From NCBI GenBank assembly GCA_002269645.1, contig NIVC01000856.1, forward strand, positions 310,001 to 374,000: DNA of 64,000 bases, in the 5' to 3' direction. Positions 1-13,048 of the stretch are shown one piece after another. The notes under the pieces are model-generated. The model was not told where the DNA came from and did no database searches. It was given only the letters and a program-made list of their open reading frames with translations. Position 1 is the stretch's first letter, and each line of letters opens with the position of its first letter. Origin of the DNA: Macrostomum lignano (lineage: Eukaryota). A program made the position numbers and the translations under genes.

Positions 1-195
1 GCGCTTCTCTCTACAGTTTTGGCGCCTCTCTCTCTACAGTTTTGGCGCCTTTCTCTCTACAGTTTTGGCGCCTTTCTCTCTACAGTTTTGGCGCTTCTCT
101 CTACAGTTTTGGCGCCTCTCTCTCTACAGTTTTGGCGCCTTTCTCTCTACAGTTTTGGCGCCTCTCCCTACAGTTTGGCGCCTTTCTCTCTACAG
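1..195. repeat. Minisatellite, about 23-bp unit GGCGCCTTTCTCTCTACAGTTTT
   Basis: About 8 tandem copies; continues off the window edge. Confidence 0.9.
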
Positions 196-941
196 TTTCC
201 TTTTTCTACTTTTATTGCAGAGAATTATTTACCTGATCAGTGCGACTTTCACATCGATTTGAATCATTTGGCCTGTCTAAACAGGCTTGGTCAATCATAG
301 CGGTGTAACGCTGAACAGTTTGACAGTCAGGGCCTCGGGCGGATTTTTCCAACAACGCCGAGAGCCACAGCCGAGTCTCCTCAACCCCTGGAGCAAAACT
401 ATCATCAGGTGTTAATTATAGAACAGACCAACCGTGGAACTGAGTGCTACTAAGTATATAAGTGAACTGGGGCTCCGCAATGTTTACTAAATAGAAATCC
501 AATTCTCCAGTTTATCTGGGAGCTGCATTGCAGATCTTTTAGCCTTGAGAAGAGATGGCGATCAGAACTTAGGTGAGAGTGATTGTGCAAGGCTGAGATT
601 GCAACGCTTCGATAGGCCCTGTTTAGTGTGAATAATTGATCTGATAAGGCAATATCAGTGGACACGGTCGTATTGATTAGACTCTTATCTGTTATCTGTG
701 TCCCCTGTGTGTGTGATTGTTATGATCTCGGAGGCAAATATTGACTCACTTGGGCAGACTCAATTATTCTGAGTAAGCCCCCCCCCCCTGCAAACCAGTG
801 TACAGGCGATAGACAAGAGACCATTTAAAAAAACAGAGACCTAGCACTCATATTTTAGAGCAGCAATTATACCTGTTTAATTATTTTGAATATGGCGTTT
901 TTTGCTACTGACTTAAATTAGGGTCAGGTGTTGCGGGCGCC

Positions 942-1395
942 TGAAGGTCTGAGGGAAGTATTAGAGGCCCCCTGAAGGAGGTCTGAGGGAGGTATTAGAG
1001 GCTCACTGAAGGTCTGAGGGAGGTATTAGAGGCCCCCTGAAGGAGGTCTGAGGGAGGTATTAGAGGCTCACTGAAGGAGGTCTGAGGGAGGTATTAGAGG
1101 CTCACTGAAGGAGACCTGAGGGAGGTATTAGAGGCTCACTGAAAGAGATCTGAGGGAGGTACTAGAGGCTCACTGAAGGAGATCTGAGGGAGGTATTAGA
1201 GGCTCACTGAAGGAGACCTGAGGGAGGTATTAGAGGCTCACTGAAGGAGACCTGAGGGAGGTATTAGAGGCAGGCTCACTGAAGGAGCCCTGAAAGAGGT
1301 ATTAGGCTCACTGAAGGAGCCCTGAAGGAGGTATTAGAGACTCACTGAAGGAGATCTGAGGGAGGTATTAGAGGCCCCCTGAAGGAGACCTTTTA
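942..1395. repeat. Minisatellite, about 34-bp unit GGAGGTATTAGAGGCTCACTGAAGGAGACCTGAG
   Basis: Tandem copies visible directly. Confidence 0.9.
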
Positions 1396-1804
1396 GAGAC
1401 CACATCTGCTTGAAGTTCTGCTTGTCCGAAATTTTTTTGGCGTCCGTCCAAGAGCACAGCAGATCAGTGGGGAAATTGTGTTTACCGGTTCTTTACAGAG
1501 ACAAAGATATCCCGAATGCAGCTTGTAAAACAAGATAAGGCCGCCGTTAGGCCAAGGCATGGGAACAGAATTTCAGACATTTATCAATGAGCCGCTTCAT
1601 TCTTATCGGCGGGGTCTGGGTGGCTACTAGTACTACGTCAGAACAAGGAGCCTGCTTATTAAACAGTGTACAGGCTATAGGATATCCTTGAGTTGACTTC
1701 CTGAATTACTTTATTTTTTGTTTTGATCACAAGAGACAGCTGATATGCGTGGGTGGCCGCAGTTGCATTCTAAAGGTTACTGTACCATTATCTATGGATG
1801 TTCT

Positions 1805-2180
1805 ATATGAAGATAGAAGATATAAGCTAGAAGATAGAAGATAAATAATAGAAGGTAGAAGATAAAAGATAGAAGATAGAAGAAGAAGATAGATGGAAAA
1901 TAGAAAACAGAAGATAAAAGATAGAAGATAGATAGATGATAGAAGACAGAAGATAGAAAATAGAAGACAGAAGATAGAAGATAGAAGATAGAAGATAGAA
2001 GACAGAAGATAGAAGTTAGAAGATAGAAGATAGAAGACAGAAGATAGAAGATAGAAGATAGAAGATAGAAGATAGAAGATAGAAGATAGAAGATAGAAGA
2101 TAGAAGATAGAAGATAGAAGATAGAAGATAGAAGATAGAAGGTAGAAGATATAAAAAGAAGATAGAAGGTACAAAATAGA
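1805..2180. repeat. (TAGAAGA)n 7-bp satellite
   Basis: Direct reading; explains the LLSSIFY ORF. Confidence 0.9.
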
Positions 2181-2551
2181 AGAAAGAAGACAGATTTAAG
2201 CGCCCATAATTATTTCTTTCTTTCTTTAAACGAATTCTATTTTCATCAGGCAAAGTTAAGTGTCCAAGGAAGCACTCAAAATTTTCCTCTTGCTTTGCCC
2301 AAAGACCGGAAGTGCGGGCTTGTAAAAAATATAACCCAGTGCTGGAACCTTGCGGTCTGGACCATGCTGGGCCCGATTGAAGTCAAGGATATCCTCATTG
2401 AAGCTATACCATGAAGTTACTTTAGTACTATCTGCATTCTATTGTTGTAGGATCTGTTTGTTAAAAGCAAAATATTAAATAGTGAATATAAATTCAGCAT
2501 ATAAATTCAGTAAATCTGTGATCGTTGGTGGGTCCAGGTGACTTACCGAAA

Positions 2552-2757
2552 TATGGCACCCTCAGATTGGCGCCCTCAGATTGGCGCCCTCAGATTGACG
2601 CCCTCAGATTGGCGCCTCAGATTGGCACCCTCAGATTGGCGCCCTCAGATTGGCGCCCTCAGATTGGTGCCCTCAGATTGGCGCCCTCAGATTGGCGCCC
2701 TCAGATTGGCGCCCTCAGATTGGCGCCCTCAGATTGGCGCCCTCAGATTGGCGCCTT
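2552..2757. repeat. 14-bp minisatellite GGCGCCCTCAGATT
   Basis: About 14 tandem copies. Confidence 0.9.
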
Positions 2758-3429
2758 TAGTTGTATTCGAGAAGTTAAAACTAAAATTGACAGCAGAAAA
2801 TGGCCAATATGGAAGCATCAAAATACTGCTTCTAGGCTTCTACAAGGAGAAGCCTACAGTGTCTGAAAATGGGGATTTTGCTGCTAAAAGCAGACAGAAT
2901 TTTGCACTGGCCCAGCCGAAGGGAAACAAACAACTGAGAGGCAAAAAATGAGGACAGACAGAGAAGGCGCGAAGCACACGCGTCGAGGATTTGCTGCTTG
3001 GATACCGGAGCGTGCCTCTTTTGCATTGCCTGGCCCAGATACGGGAGCAGCTTGGCAATGGAAGTTTTTGTATATTATACGCTCGTTTGAATGCATGCAT
3101 AATAAGTAAAATACTGCGCTGGTCAAATAATTGGGTCAGAGAGGCGGCAACAGAGAGCGGAGAACCGAACTTCCTGACAGCCGCAGGGGAGCGTGTCAGG
3201 GTATCGAATTTCTGCTTTTGCCACCAATGGAAAATATGAAACCAAGCCGTTGAATATTACTCTGCTTGGCTGAGAAGTTTCAAACAGACTCGATGGCAAT
3301 GCATTCGACTGGATCCTCGCTGCGCAAATCGGTTGCGTCATCATTAGATGACTTTCTGCATTGTCTCTTCACCTTTAGTGTTAGTGGAATGAGAAATTAT
3401 GAGAAATGAACTATGATTTTAAAGGAAGG

Positions 3430-3868
3430 CTGTGAGGTAAGGTATGGGGGAGAGTGTGAGGGAGAGTATGAGGCAAAATGTGAGGGAGAGTGTGAGAGAA
3501 AGTGTGAGGGAGAGTCTAAGGTAGAGTGTGAGGGAGCTTGTGAGGGAGCTTGTGAGGGAGAGTGGGAGGGAGAGTGTGAGGGCGAGTGTAAGGGAGAGTG
3601 TGAGGGAGAGTGTGAGGGAGAGTGTGAGGGAGAGTGTGAGGGAGAGTGTGAGGGAGAGTGTGAGGGAGAGTGTGAGGGAGAGTGTGAGGGAGAGTATGAG
3701 GGAGAGGGTAAGGGAGAGAATGAGGGAGAGAATGAGGGAGAGTATGAGGGAGAGTGTAAGGGAGAGAATGAGGGAGAGTGTAAGAGAGAGTATGAGGGAG
3801 AGTGTAAGGGAGAGTATGAGGGAGAGTGTAAGGGAGAGTATGAGGGAGAGTGTGAGGGAGAGTGTGAG
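3430..3868. repeat. 12-bp minisatellite GAGGGAGAGTGT
   Basis: Direct reading; explains the EGEC/SPSH ORFs. Confidence 0.9.
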
Positions 3869-4479
3869 TAGATTGTGAGGGAATCAAGATATTGAGGAAT
3901 CCGGTGACAATGAGAAGCAAGAGGTGTTCGGCAAGCCGTAGTATATATGAATATAAAGGTGGCAGAAAGAGGTTGAGATGGCCTGAGCAAAAAACATAGA
4001 AAGGGCACACAGCACAAGTGAAGCAGACAAACTGCCAGAATGAGAAGACAGAGAGTAGGAGAACAAAGACTTTCAATTATCTGGCTGATTTCGCAACAGC
4101 TTTGAGCCGCTCCTGTTGACACAATTAAAATTCGCACCCAAGCGTTGCTCAGTTCGGAAAAAGCAGATGACGCAGATTATTCGAGACCCATTTGTCAACC
4201 AAGAAGGGGATTCCCCAGCCCAAAACTTAATCCCGATCTCCACTTTAATGTCTTTTTCGTCTACTTTATGGCCGCTTCAGCGAGCATTACTGCTGGAACA
4301 CTTGACTGCTTGATTGCTGCTCAACCCAGCAAGCAGACAAATGGGCGGCATCGCAATCCGAAACTGGTTGCGCAATGCTTTCTGACGAGCTCTTCGCCTG
4401 ATGTACGTAATAGGGGGGCTTTTTCAGGAGAAATTCGAGAGATGTAGATAGCCAGCTTCTCTACTAATTTTCCTGACAC

Positions 4480-4800
4480 CTTGCAATGCCCCTGACCCTT
4501 CTAATATCCTGACTGCTTCTAATACCCCGACCATTCTTCCGCATGTAATACCTCCCTGACCCTTCTTCCGCACGTACATGTAATACTCCCGACCACCCTT
4601 CTTCCGCATGTAATACCCCTTACCCTTCTTCTGCCTTGTAATACCCCTGACCATTTTTCCGCATGTAATAGCTCTGACCATTCTTCTGCATGTAATACCC
4701 CTGACCATTTTTCCGCATGTAATACCTGACCATTCTTCTGCATGTAATACCCCTGACCCTTTCGAACTTCGACTTCTTCTAATGACCCTGACCCTTCATT
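4480..4800. repeat. Degenerate minisatellite, about 27-bp unit CATGTAATACCCCTGACCATTCTTCCG
   Basis: Tandem copies with indels. Confidence 0.8.
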
Positions 4801-5362
4801 CACTGAGCCAAAAAGTAGACACCTCCTATTAGTCCCTGGCCTCTTCTCAATAACTGAGTTCTCATCTCAGTTTCAGTTTCTCAAACAACTTCATAGCCAA
4901 ACAAAACAATAAGATCGAGCCAAGCAGGTTAAGAGTAACATTTTTAGGTGGGAAAAACTCGCTGCAACACACAGCTGCGTGTAGCAGGCGCGCCTCGCCT
5001 GTGCATTTATTTATATAGTGTGCTAAGTAGCTATAATAATTATTTAATAAAAAACAATAACCATCAGTCATCTTCTACCTCTAAGAATGGCTGCACAGAG
5101 TGAGAACGCGTGCGCTGAAAGCGATTGATTACGCAATATGCAGTACTAATAATGGCTACCAGTGCTATACAAGTTTAAAAATAAATATTTACAAAACGCA
5201 TCGAATGCGAAAATTATTTACAGACAGCGTAAAGCCTAAATAATTAAAGTACTGAACGCTCTTTGCTGTGATTGATAAAAGCTTACAACTTGGATAAAAC
5301 AAAGTACACAACAGGTAAAAGTGGGCGCATCCGATAAAAGTACATCTGCAGCGGTTTTGCTT

Positions 5363-8300
5363 CTAGAGTGCGGTTTCTTGGAAATGCAGCTTCCTCGTGG
5401 CGGCTGCGGCGGCGGCTGCGGCGGCCGAGGCTGCCAGAAACGCCGGCGGACTCTCGAAGATGGTCGAGCAGCACGACTGACGCGACTGCATCGGCGACTG
5501 CGGCGACTGCGGCGAAATCGGCGACTGCGGCGATTGAGGCGACGGCGAGGACAGGCAGGCGGCGTGGTCAGTGAAGATCAAACGCGGCGAGGAGACGCTC
5601 AGAAGGCGGGGCAGCGAGCGGCTGCCTGCGGAGGCCACGGCGGAGCTGCAACCGCGGGCCAGGCGGCGTCGTTTTGCCGGCATCGACGACTGCTGCTGGC
5701 GCCGCCTGGACATCGACATGGTCTCCGATCTCGACTTCGTCTTGGGAGTTGGTGCCGACGGCGTCACAGTGGCTTCTTCGGCTAACAGCTGATCGAAGTT
5801 GAGCCTCGCTGGCAGCTGCTGCTGCTGCTGCTGCTGCTGAAGGTCCTCCGGGAAGCGGTGTCGCTGCTGCTGGCAGGCGCGATAGACCCGGATGCTGGAC
5901 AGCGCCCGGATGAGGCGCCGGTCGCGATTGAAAAATTGACCAACCGGCGTCGCGCCGACCTCCGCGGCGGCTTCGGCAACTTCTTCGTCCGGGATCTGCG
6001 GAAGGAAAAAAATTAAATTTTTAATGAGAACTGTCTCGAGACATTCCACTTAACTTTTCCCATCCCTCGGGAGTGACGCAACTCAGGTGAGTATGGTGTG
6101 AGAATCCCACTGCCGGACACCTTCCCCAGCCCCTAATCATTATCCATTGAAGGTTTTTTATCCCGATTTCCCGATTTTTTCCTGATTACGTCGGGCTGGG
6201 AGGCAGGAATTGCGCAGGCGGGATCTGAGGTGGGAAATTAAAGCACCTCTGCCTACCAACCCCACCCACTCATTACTGAAGGGGATTTTGGAAGTGAAAA
6301 AAACAAAATGAGAAGTTTTCGATTTTGCTTACCTCGGCTACTCCAATCTCGTCGACGCTCATGAGCTTGGCGCAGCTGCGCATTGCCGCACGGTGGAAGC
6401 GCTTCTGAAATTTTGTATGGAGAATGCGAGGGACGTGAGAAGCCACTGCAGGGTTTGCTGAGGCTTTTGAGATGGTCACTGAAGGATCTGAGGGGTCACT
6501 GAAGGATCTGAGGGGTCACTGAAGGATCTGAGGGGTCACTGACCGATCTGAGGGGTCACTGAAGGATCTGAGGGGTCACTGACGGATCTGAGGGGTCACT
6601 GAAGGATCTGAGGGGTCACTGACGGATCTGAGGGGTCACTGACGGATCTGAGGGGGTACTGAAGGATCTGAGGGCTCACTGAAGGATCTGAGGAGTCACT
6701 GAAGTAACTAAGGAGTCACTGAAGGATCTGAGGGGTCACTGAAGGATTTGAGGGGTCACTGACGGATCTGAGGGGTCACTGACGGATCTGAGGGGGTACT
6801 GAAGGATCTGAGGGGTCACTGAAGGATCTGAGGAGTCACTGAAGTAACTAAGGAGTCACTAAAGGATCTGAGGGGTCACTGAAGGATCTGAGAGGTCACT
6901 GAAGGATCTGAGGGGTTACTGAAGGATCTGAGGAGTCATTGAAGGATCCGATGGGTCACTGAAGGATCCGAGAGGTCACTGACGGATCTGAGAAGTCACT
7001 GAAGGATCTGAGGGGTCACTGACAGATCTGAGGGGTCACTGACGGATCTGAGAAGTCACTGAAGGATCTGAGGGGTCACTGAAGGATCTGAGGAGTCACT
7101 GAAGGATCTGAGGGGTCACTGAAGGATCTGAGGAGTCACTGAAGGATCTGAGGAGTCACTGAAGGAAGCAAGCCAGACAGCCCAGACTCACCCTGAACGA
7201 GGCGAACTGCTTCAGCTTCGAGCTGGCAGCGGCGCCAACTTCGGTGGCGGCGGCAGCAGCGGCGGTGGCGCCAGCTTTTGCACAGCCGACCATGCCGAGG
7301 CGCTCCATCTCGTTGAGTCGCTTCTCTAAACGGCGCTTCTCCCTGGAGTCGGGCAGGCGGCGGATGTGAGCGCACAGGGCCTGCAGCTGGTGCCGGCCGT
7401 AGGCCGAGGCCGGCTGGTAGCGGCGCGGCTCGGAGAAGCGCACGTTCGTGTCAAGGGCTTCGTCCAATGAGCCACTGGATCCGGTGGCAGCGCCGGCATC
7501 GGCTAGGGAGAATGCATCGTCGCCGTCGGCAAACAGAATTCCTCCGACGCAGCCGCTTGGGCTTCGACCAGCGTAGGAATCCGGCGAGGACGCCCAGCAG
7601 GCGGCATCATTGGGAACCGCTGGCGATGGGGAGGTCGAACCAGACAGCTGACGGTGAGGCGTCGAGGCCAGCTGCTTGCCAGCATTGCGAAGGACGTCGT
7701 CGGCAAGGGATCGGGGGATCTGAATGCGGGAATGGGAAAATAGTTAAAATATCAAATGTACTTTTCGGAGTGCGGGTATGTACTTTTGCTTGAAATGTAC
7801 TTTTACTTGAAATGTACTGTTTAGGCGTACTTTTGTCTTTGAATGTACTTCAGAACAGATTTTTAAAAGCATCGAGCTAAGTAAACTCACCTCATCCAGG
7901 TGGCAACAGTTGCTGATCAGGAAGGTGGCCGAACGATTCAGACCGTCGATTTGCTGTCGCTGAGCTGGAGAAGTCATCTCGACCTGCTGCTGCTGCTGCT
8001 GCAGAGAAAAACAAGGGGTTTGGAGATGTGGTTTGTGACTCTAAAGGATCTGGGAACTGCCGGCACCTTTGAGGATTGTGGATTATAAATTCAAACCAAT
8101 TAGTAAACCAATTAGACTGAACCGCTCACCAGCTTGTCAATCAGCGGCGACCCGAACAGCACGGGACCGAACACGGTGCCCAGATTGTCGGCGCCCATCC
8201 GGCTGAAGGCGCTGGCACCAGCAACGCGGCGCAGAAGGCGCAGCAAGCGGTGCAGCAGCTCGAGACAGGGCTCCGGCAGGAGCTGGGCAAACAGACGGAG

Positions 8301-8396
8301 CGCCTTCAGCTGACGGCTGCGGGCCAGCTGAGACCGGAGCTGCGCCTCCGGCTGCTGCTGCTGGCTGACGGGTGCCGAGCCCACCGAGTCTGCAGG

Positions 8397-8483
<87 letters not shown>

Positions 8484-10645
8484 GCAGGTAGATAAGTAGG
8501 TAGATAGGCAGGTAGATAAGCAAGGTAGCTAAGCAGGTAGATAGGCAGGTAGAAAGACAGGTAGATAGGCAGGTAGATAGGCAGGTAGACAGACAGGTAG
8601 ACAGACAGGTAGACAGACAAACTCACCAACAACAGCCAACAGGATCTCGAACAGTTTGCCACCGATCAGAGGCTCCTCCAGGTCCCTGACCGCCTGCTTC
8701 AACACATTAGCAGCGTCGTGCACCGAGTAGGCGGACATGTCCAGACTGGTCACCTCAACATCCTCGGAGGCTGACGGCTGCCTCATCAGTTGGAGCCGCA
8801 GCTCTCGCTGTCTGGCGCAGTTGCCAGTTTTTCGAAAAATGCCTTCAGTTTTGTAGCCTGCAGCAATGATTAAAAATGGGAAAGAAACGATGGGATGATT
8901 TATGCATCCACTCGGGCCGGCAACTCCCTGCTCTGGGTGCTAAAAAATTTCGCTTTTTCCCTCATCTGTTCGCCTCCAGACTTGAAATTGAGTTGTGCCA
9001 TTAATTTGCTCCCAAGTTTGATCCCAAGAAAACAGCTGCCTTGCACCCCACTCTTCTTTCGGGAAAGCGGTTGTGGGGCCTAATAACTAGAGGGGGGAAC
9101 CTTGGGCATTCCATTTTGGGACTTGGGGATAGTGATCCCAATGGATTCCATTTTGGGACTAAGGGATAGTGATCCCATTCCCAATGGGTTCCATTCTGGG
9201 ACTTAGAGATAGTGATCCCAAATAGGGGATTCGGGTGAGGGATAAAAAAACTTGCATATACAAATTTATAAACAATTCTAGACAATAGCAAATAATAAAA
9301 ATATCTCTACTCACGTTCGTGCTCATTCAGAAAGTCAATCAGCTGACAGATTCTGTTAACAAACAATGGACAGTGAATGCTGCCTGACACAGCATTGGGT
9401 GTGACCGGCGCTGTTGCCTTGACAACCGACGGAGATCGAGGTACACAACTTTTCGAACGCTTGCCTGCGCAATAATTAAGATTTAAAAAATGGTAGGTTA
9501 TACTGTTGAATACATAGCATACGGGCATGAGCATTGAGCAGCATGATGAACTTACTAATATTTTCCTCACTAACTCTTATTACCTGTATTTATTAAGCTT
9601 TATAAAAGGTAAACCGATTGCCAGACACAGAGGCTGGCCAACAGACACAGACACACGGGCCATGATGATGATGATAAATATTGAATGAAGCTGCTGGGTC
9701 TGTATGCTGCACGGCGCGTGCACGATGAGTGTTAAATCTTTTTTAAGCTGTTCAAACAGTCTGTGTGCATGTATCCTGGAGTCTCTCCTCTTTCTTCAAC
9801 TCCTAAACTTGACCCCGCGTGACCTTTCTACTCGTGTATATATGAACATTCGAGTAAGTTATAGGAAACAACTTCAGTGCCTGTCTTGTGAGTCAATTCA
9901 ATTGAAAAAGAAGTTTCCTTTAAGTGTGCGGAGCAGATGAAAGAAACTCACGCGTATAGCCTAGGTTCCCTCCCTTCAGATTTCATTATTTAGTTAAAAC
10001 AAGATCGTTAACCTGGCCTCTGCGTGGCAACTATTTAAACTATATAGAAAGTAAAATAACCTTGAATTGTAACTTACATTTGCTTCTAGTAGAGGCACTG
10101 GAAGCAGAAGACAGAACGGGAACTGGGAGGCGAAGCATTCGACGCCGATGCTGCTGCTGCTGCTGCTCCTTGCTTCGGCGAGGCTTCGGCGAGGCGCAGT
10201 CGAACGCCGAATCGTCGTCGAAAATTGGCAGCTCGACTAGGAAAGAGAGCTGGACGCGGACCAGGTCGCGGAATTTCTCCGGATTTCTGCGCCGGTAGCC
10301 GCGAATGGCGCAGGCAACGGCGCCGTCGGCCAGAAGGTTGGCTGGGTCCAGCACCGAGTCCAAGCGATGGCAGTAGGATCGAATGCCGTCCTGCACGAGT
10401 TAGGTTAGGAATTAGGAAGATAAAACTAAACGATTAAGCGAACAGCAATAATGTATTAATGGTCTCGATCTACTAGATGGCTATCTTTATATATCTTTAT
10501 ATATTAAATAATATCATATATGCAGTATGCATAGATGGCTAATATAATCATATATGATACAGTACATATGCGAGCAACTTACCAGGTCTGTCTGCGCTTG
10601 GCTGCCAATAGCGGATGCCTGAGTCGGTGTCTGCAGTTGTGCCAT
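5363..10645 (-). CDS. ARHGAP19: Rho GTPase-activating protein, ARHGAP19/RhoGAP54D-like; 9 exons, about 785 aa
   Basis: Exons (all GT-AG, phases consistent): 10645-10583, 10390-10078, 9464-9315, 8857-8627, 8389-8130, 7998-7891, 7719-7192, 6404-6333, 5995-5363 (TAG). RhoGAP motifs TEGIFRKTGN (arginine finger), VHDAANVLKQAVRDLEEPL, RMGADNLGTVFGPVLF. Family-like segments FRDLVRVQLSFLVELP and HIRRLPDSREKRRLEKRL. The orthology call comes from remembered family motifs, not a search. Confidence 0.88.
6476..7165. repeat. 20-bp minisatellite GAAGGATCTGAGGGGTCACT in RhoGAP intron 7
   Basis: About 34 copies. Confidence 0.92.
8396..8618. repeat. (TAGA)n microsatellite grading into a 12-bp derivative; RhoGAP intron 4
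   Basis: Direct reading. Confidence 0.9.
9095..9225. repeat. About three copies of a 36-41-bp unit containing the hairpin GGGAT-AGTG-ATCCC; RhoGAP intron 3
   Basis: ttccattttgggact...gatagtgatccca is repeated. Confidence 0.7.
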
Positions 10646-11059
10646 ACTCGTTGTATAGTAAGGCACGTTCGAGAGCATATATTTAGCGGCTTGGGCTTTT
10701 ACCCTCTGATGCTTTCGATTGCTAATCAATATCAAAGTGACCTACTTTCTACAGCTATAATATTTAATACTTGTTTAAATTGGACTCTATAGTCTAGACC
10801 TAGTAATTACTTTAGTCAAGTTGTTAGTGCTTTTAGTTACGTGGTCCCGACCAGTCCTTAATATAGTCCGGGCCCGGGGCAGCCCTATTTCAAGGAGTGG
10901 GGTTGGACAAAGTGTGAATTCAACTGAAAGGGGGTTTGGTTGGTCCGGACTGGTGGGGTGGGTGTGTGCGAGAGAAATAGGCGCCCAAATGGGGTGGCGT
11001 GTGAAATCTGGTGGAAAGTGGGAGGAGGCGGCCGAGAAATGTACAGTGGGCCGCTTCTT

Positions 11060-11124
11060 ATTGGCTGCGCCAATCTTTTACAGAGCAGAGCCCAATTAAA
11101 CCACCACTTTGCCCTACGGCCAAT
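11060..11124. promoter_or_regulatory. Cluster of four CCAAT boxes upstream of the RhoGAP gene
   Basis: ATTGG 11060-11064; CCAAT 11070-11074, 11092-11096, 11120-11124; about 415-480 bp upstream of the RhoGAP ATG, beside a GC-rich stretch. Confidence 0.4.
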
Positions 11125-12424
11125 ACTGTTTCCTCTACACAGTGGCGTCAATGACGCCTTCTTGCTACGCTACGCAGTTCACACTTCCACTATCTTATGG
11201 CTAAGAAAAAGGTAGCTAAAGTTAGTTTTCTCAAAAATCAAGAAGTATGCAAACGTTTTTTTTCACACATCCTATATTCTCACAACACAATCAGTTACAC
11301 AACTTAACTGATTTCTTATTTCAATCAGCTGTTTGGCTGTCTTGTCGGGTAAAATTGTTCAAAAACCTTGGCTTAACAAAGGCGTAGATGCAGTTACAGA
11401 ATGATTGCTGAATAAAACCAATGAATGAAAGGGGGCCTGCATCTAATCAACCAGAAGATCTATATGCTTTTTGAAGCTATGGAATGCGTAACGCGCTTTA
11501 TTGCTTTGTCTAAAGTTATTTTATTGAAAAGGATCTGGATTCTTGAAGGAAGGTCAGCTGTTCTGTGCCCATCAAACAAATGCTGGAAATCCAGTGCACA
11601 TGCACAAGCGCAATTGGGTTTGCTGTTCATTGCCCAATGCAGCCGCAAGCCATGCAGACACTGGCCATGGAGATTAAGAAAATAATAACTCATATTGGGT
11701 AAAATTAGGCCTTATCGACACGCTGGATCAACACAGAAAGTCCCCGATCAAGACCAAGCAGTCATCCGACTGTCAGCCTCCGCTGCCTGTCACCGTCACC
11801 GCGTGACAGACTTCAAATTCCTCATCTGTGATGATGCAACAACAGCAACAAGCTTCTGTCTATGCAACTCTGTGCTCTGTTGCTATGCTATCTAGCTGGC
11901 GATGGTCATACTCGGAGGTCCTGCAGGCATCGATCCCCAGACCCCAGTTGGCTTCTTGACTTATAGACAGGTTGTCATGCATCTGCCCTGGCCACGGGAT
12001 GATGAAACTGACACTGAGGGATAGAGGCGGCTCCCGCATCCTTTAACCAAATATATCCCCAAAATCATTAAAGCCAATGGTCATTTCATCTCCAGCTGCC
12101 CGTCTTAGGTGCAATCATCGCGATGATGAGATGACAGAATGCGCTATGCTATACAGATGCCTGTGCTTTACGCCTGATTAATTCTGCATATCGTAATAAT
12201 ACTTGCGTTTGCATTGGCGTTCGGCTTGGAAACTATATAAAAACTATGAGAAATATAAGTTTCATTTGTTATATTTAGATAGTTGATCGCATCACTCAAG
12301 TATATTGTTTTATTTGATATTACTTAATGATATCGTAAATTATTTCATTTAAGTAAGCGGACTACCAATCCTCAAAATTCGTATTTACCGTAATTCTCAC
12401 AATAGCGTCTAAATTGAACTCAAA

Positions 12425-13048
12425 TATAGGCGCCTAAATATGACTCAAATAGGCGCCTAGATATGACTCAAATAGGCGCCTAGATATGACTCAAATAGGC
12501 GCCTAGATATGACTCAAATAGGCGCCTAAATATGACTCAAATAGGCGCCTAAATATGACTCAAATAGACACTCAAAATGGCGCTTAGATCAGACTCAAAC
12601 TGACGCCTAGATCAGACTCAAAATGGCGCTAAGACCAGACTCAAATAGGCGCCTAGATCAGACTCAAATAGGCGCCTAGATCAGACTCAAATAGGCGCCT
12701 AGATCAGACTCAAATATAGTGCCTAGATCAGACTCAAATATAGCGCCTAGATCAGACTCAAATATAGCGCCTAGATCAGACTCAAATATAGCGCCTAGAT
12801 CAGACTCAAATATAGCGCCTAGATCAGACTCAAATATAGCGCCTAGATCAGACTCAAATATAGCGCCTAGATCAGACTCAAATATAGCGCCTAGATCAGA
12901 CTCAAATAGGCGCCTAGATCAGACTCAAATATAGCGCCTAGATCAGACTCAAATATAGTGCCTAGATCAGACTCAAATATAGCGCCTAGATCAGACTCAA
13001 ATATAGTGCCTAGATCAGACTCAAATATAGCGCCTAGATCAGACTCAA
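12425..13048. repeat. 23-24-bp minisatellite GCGCCTAGATCAGACTCAAATA(TA)G
   Basis: Unit variants change progressively along the array. Confidence 0.92.

Noticed and set aside
1679-2395. Inverted repeat AGGATATCCTTGA...CTTC flanking the TAGAAGA array (possible MITE)
   Set aside because: Ten of the matching bases are a self-palindrome, the match is interrupted, and there is no TSD.
5321-5792. Arg/Ala-rich plus-strand ORFs here and opposite other exons (e.g. 39287-40363, 58757-59896)
   Set aside because: Antisense shadows of GC-rich coding exons.
11700-12120. Possible APE remnant (LVLIGDF on the minus strand) and possible hammerhead core
   Set aside because: Only a 5-residue match among stops; no CUGAUGA...GAAA core with flanking stems could be built here or at 2241.
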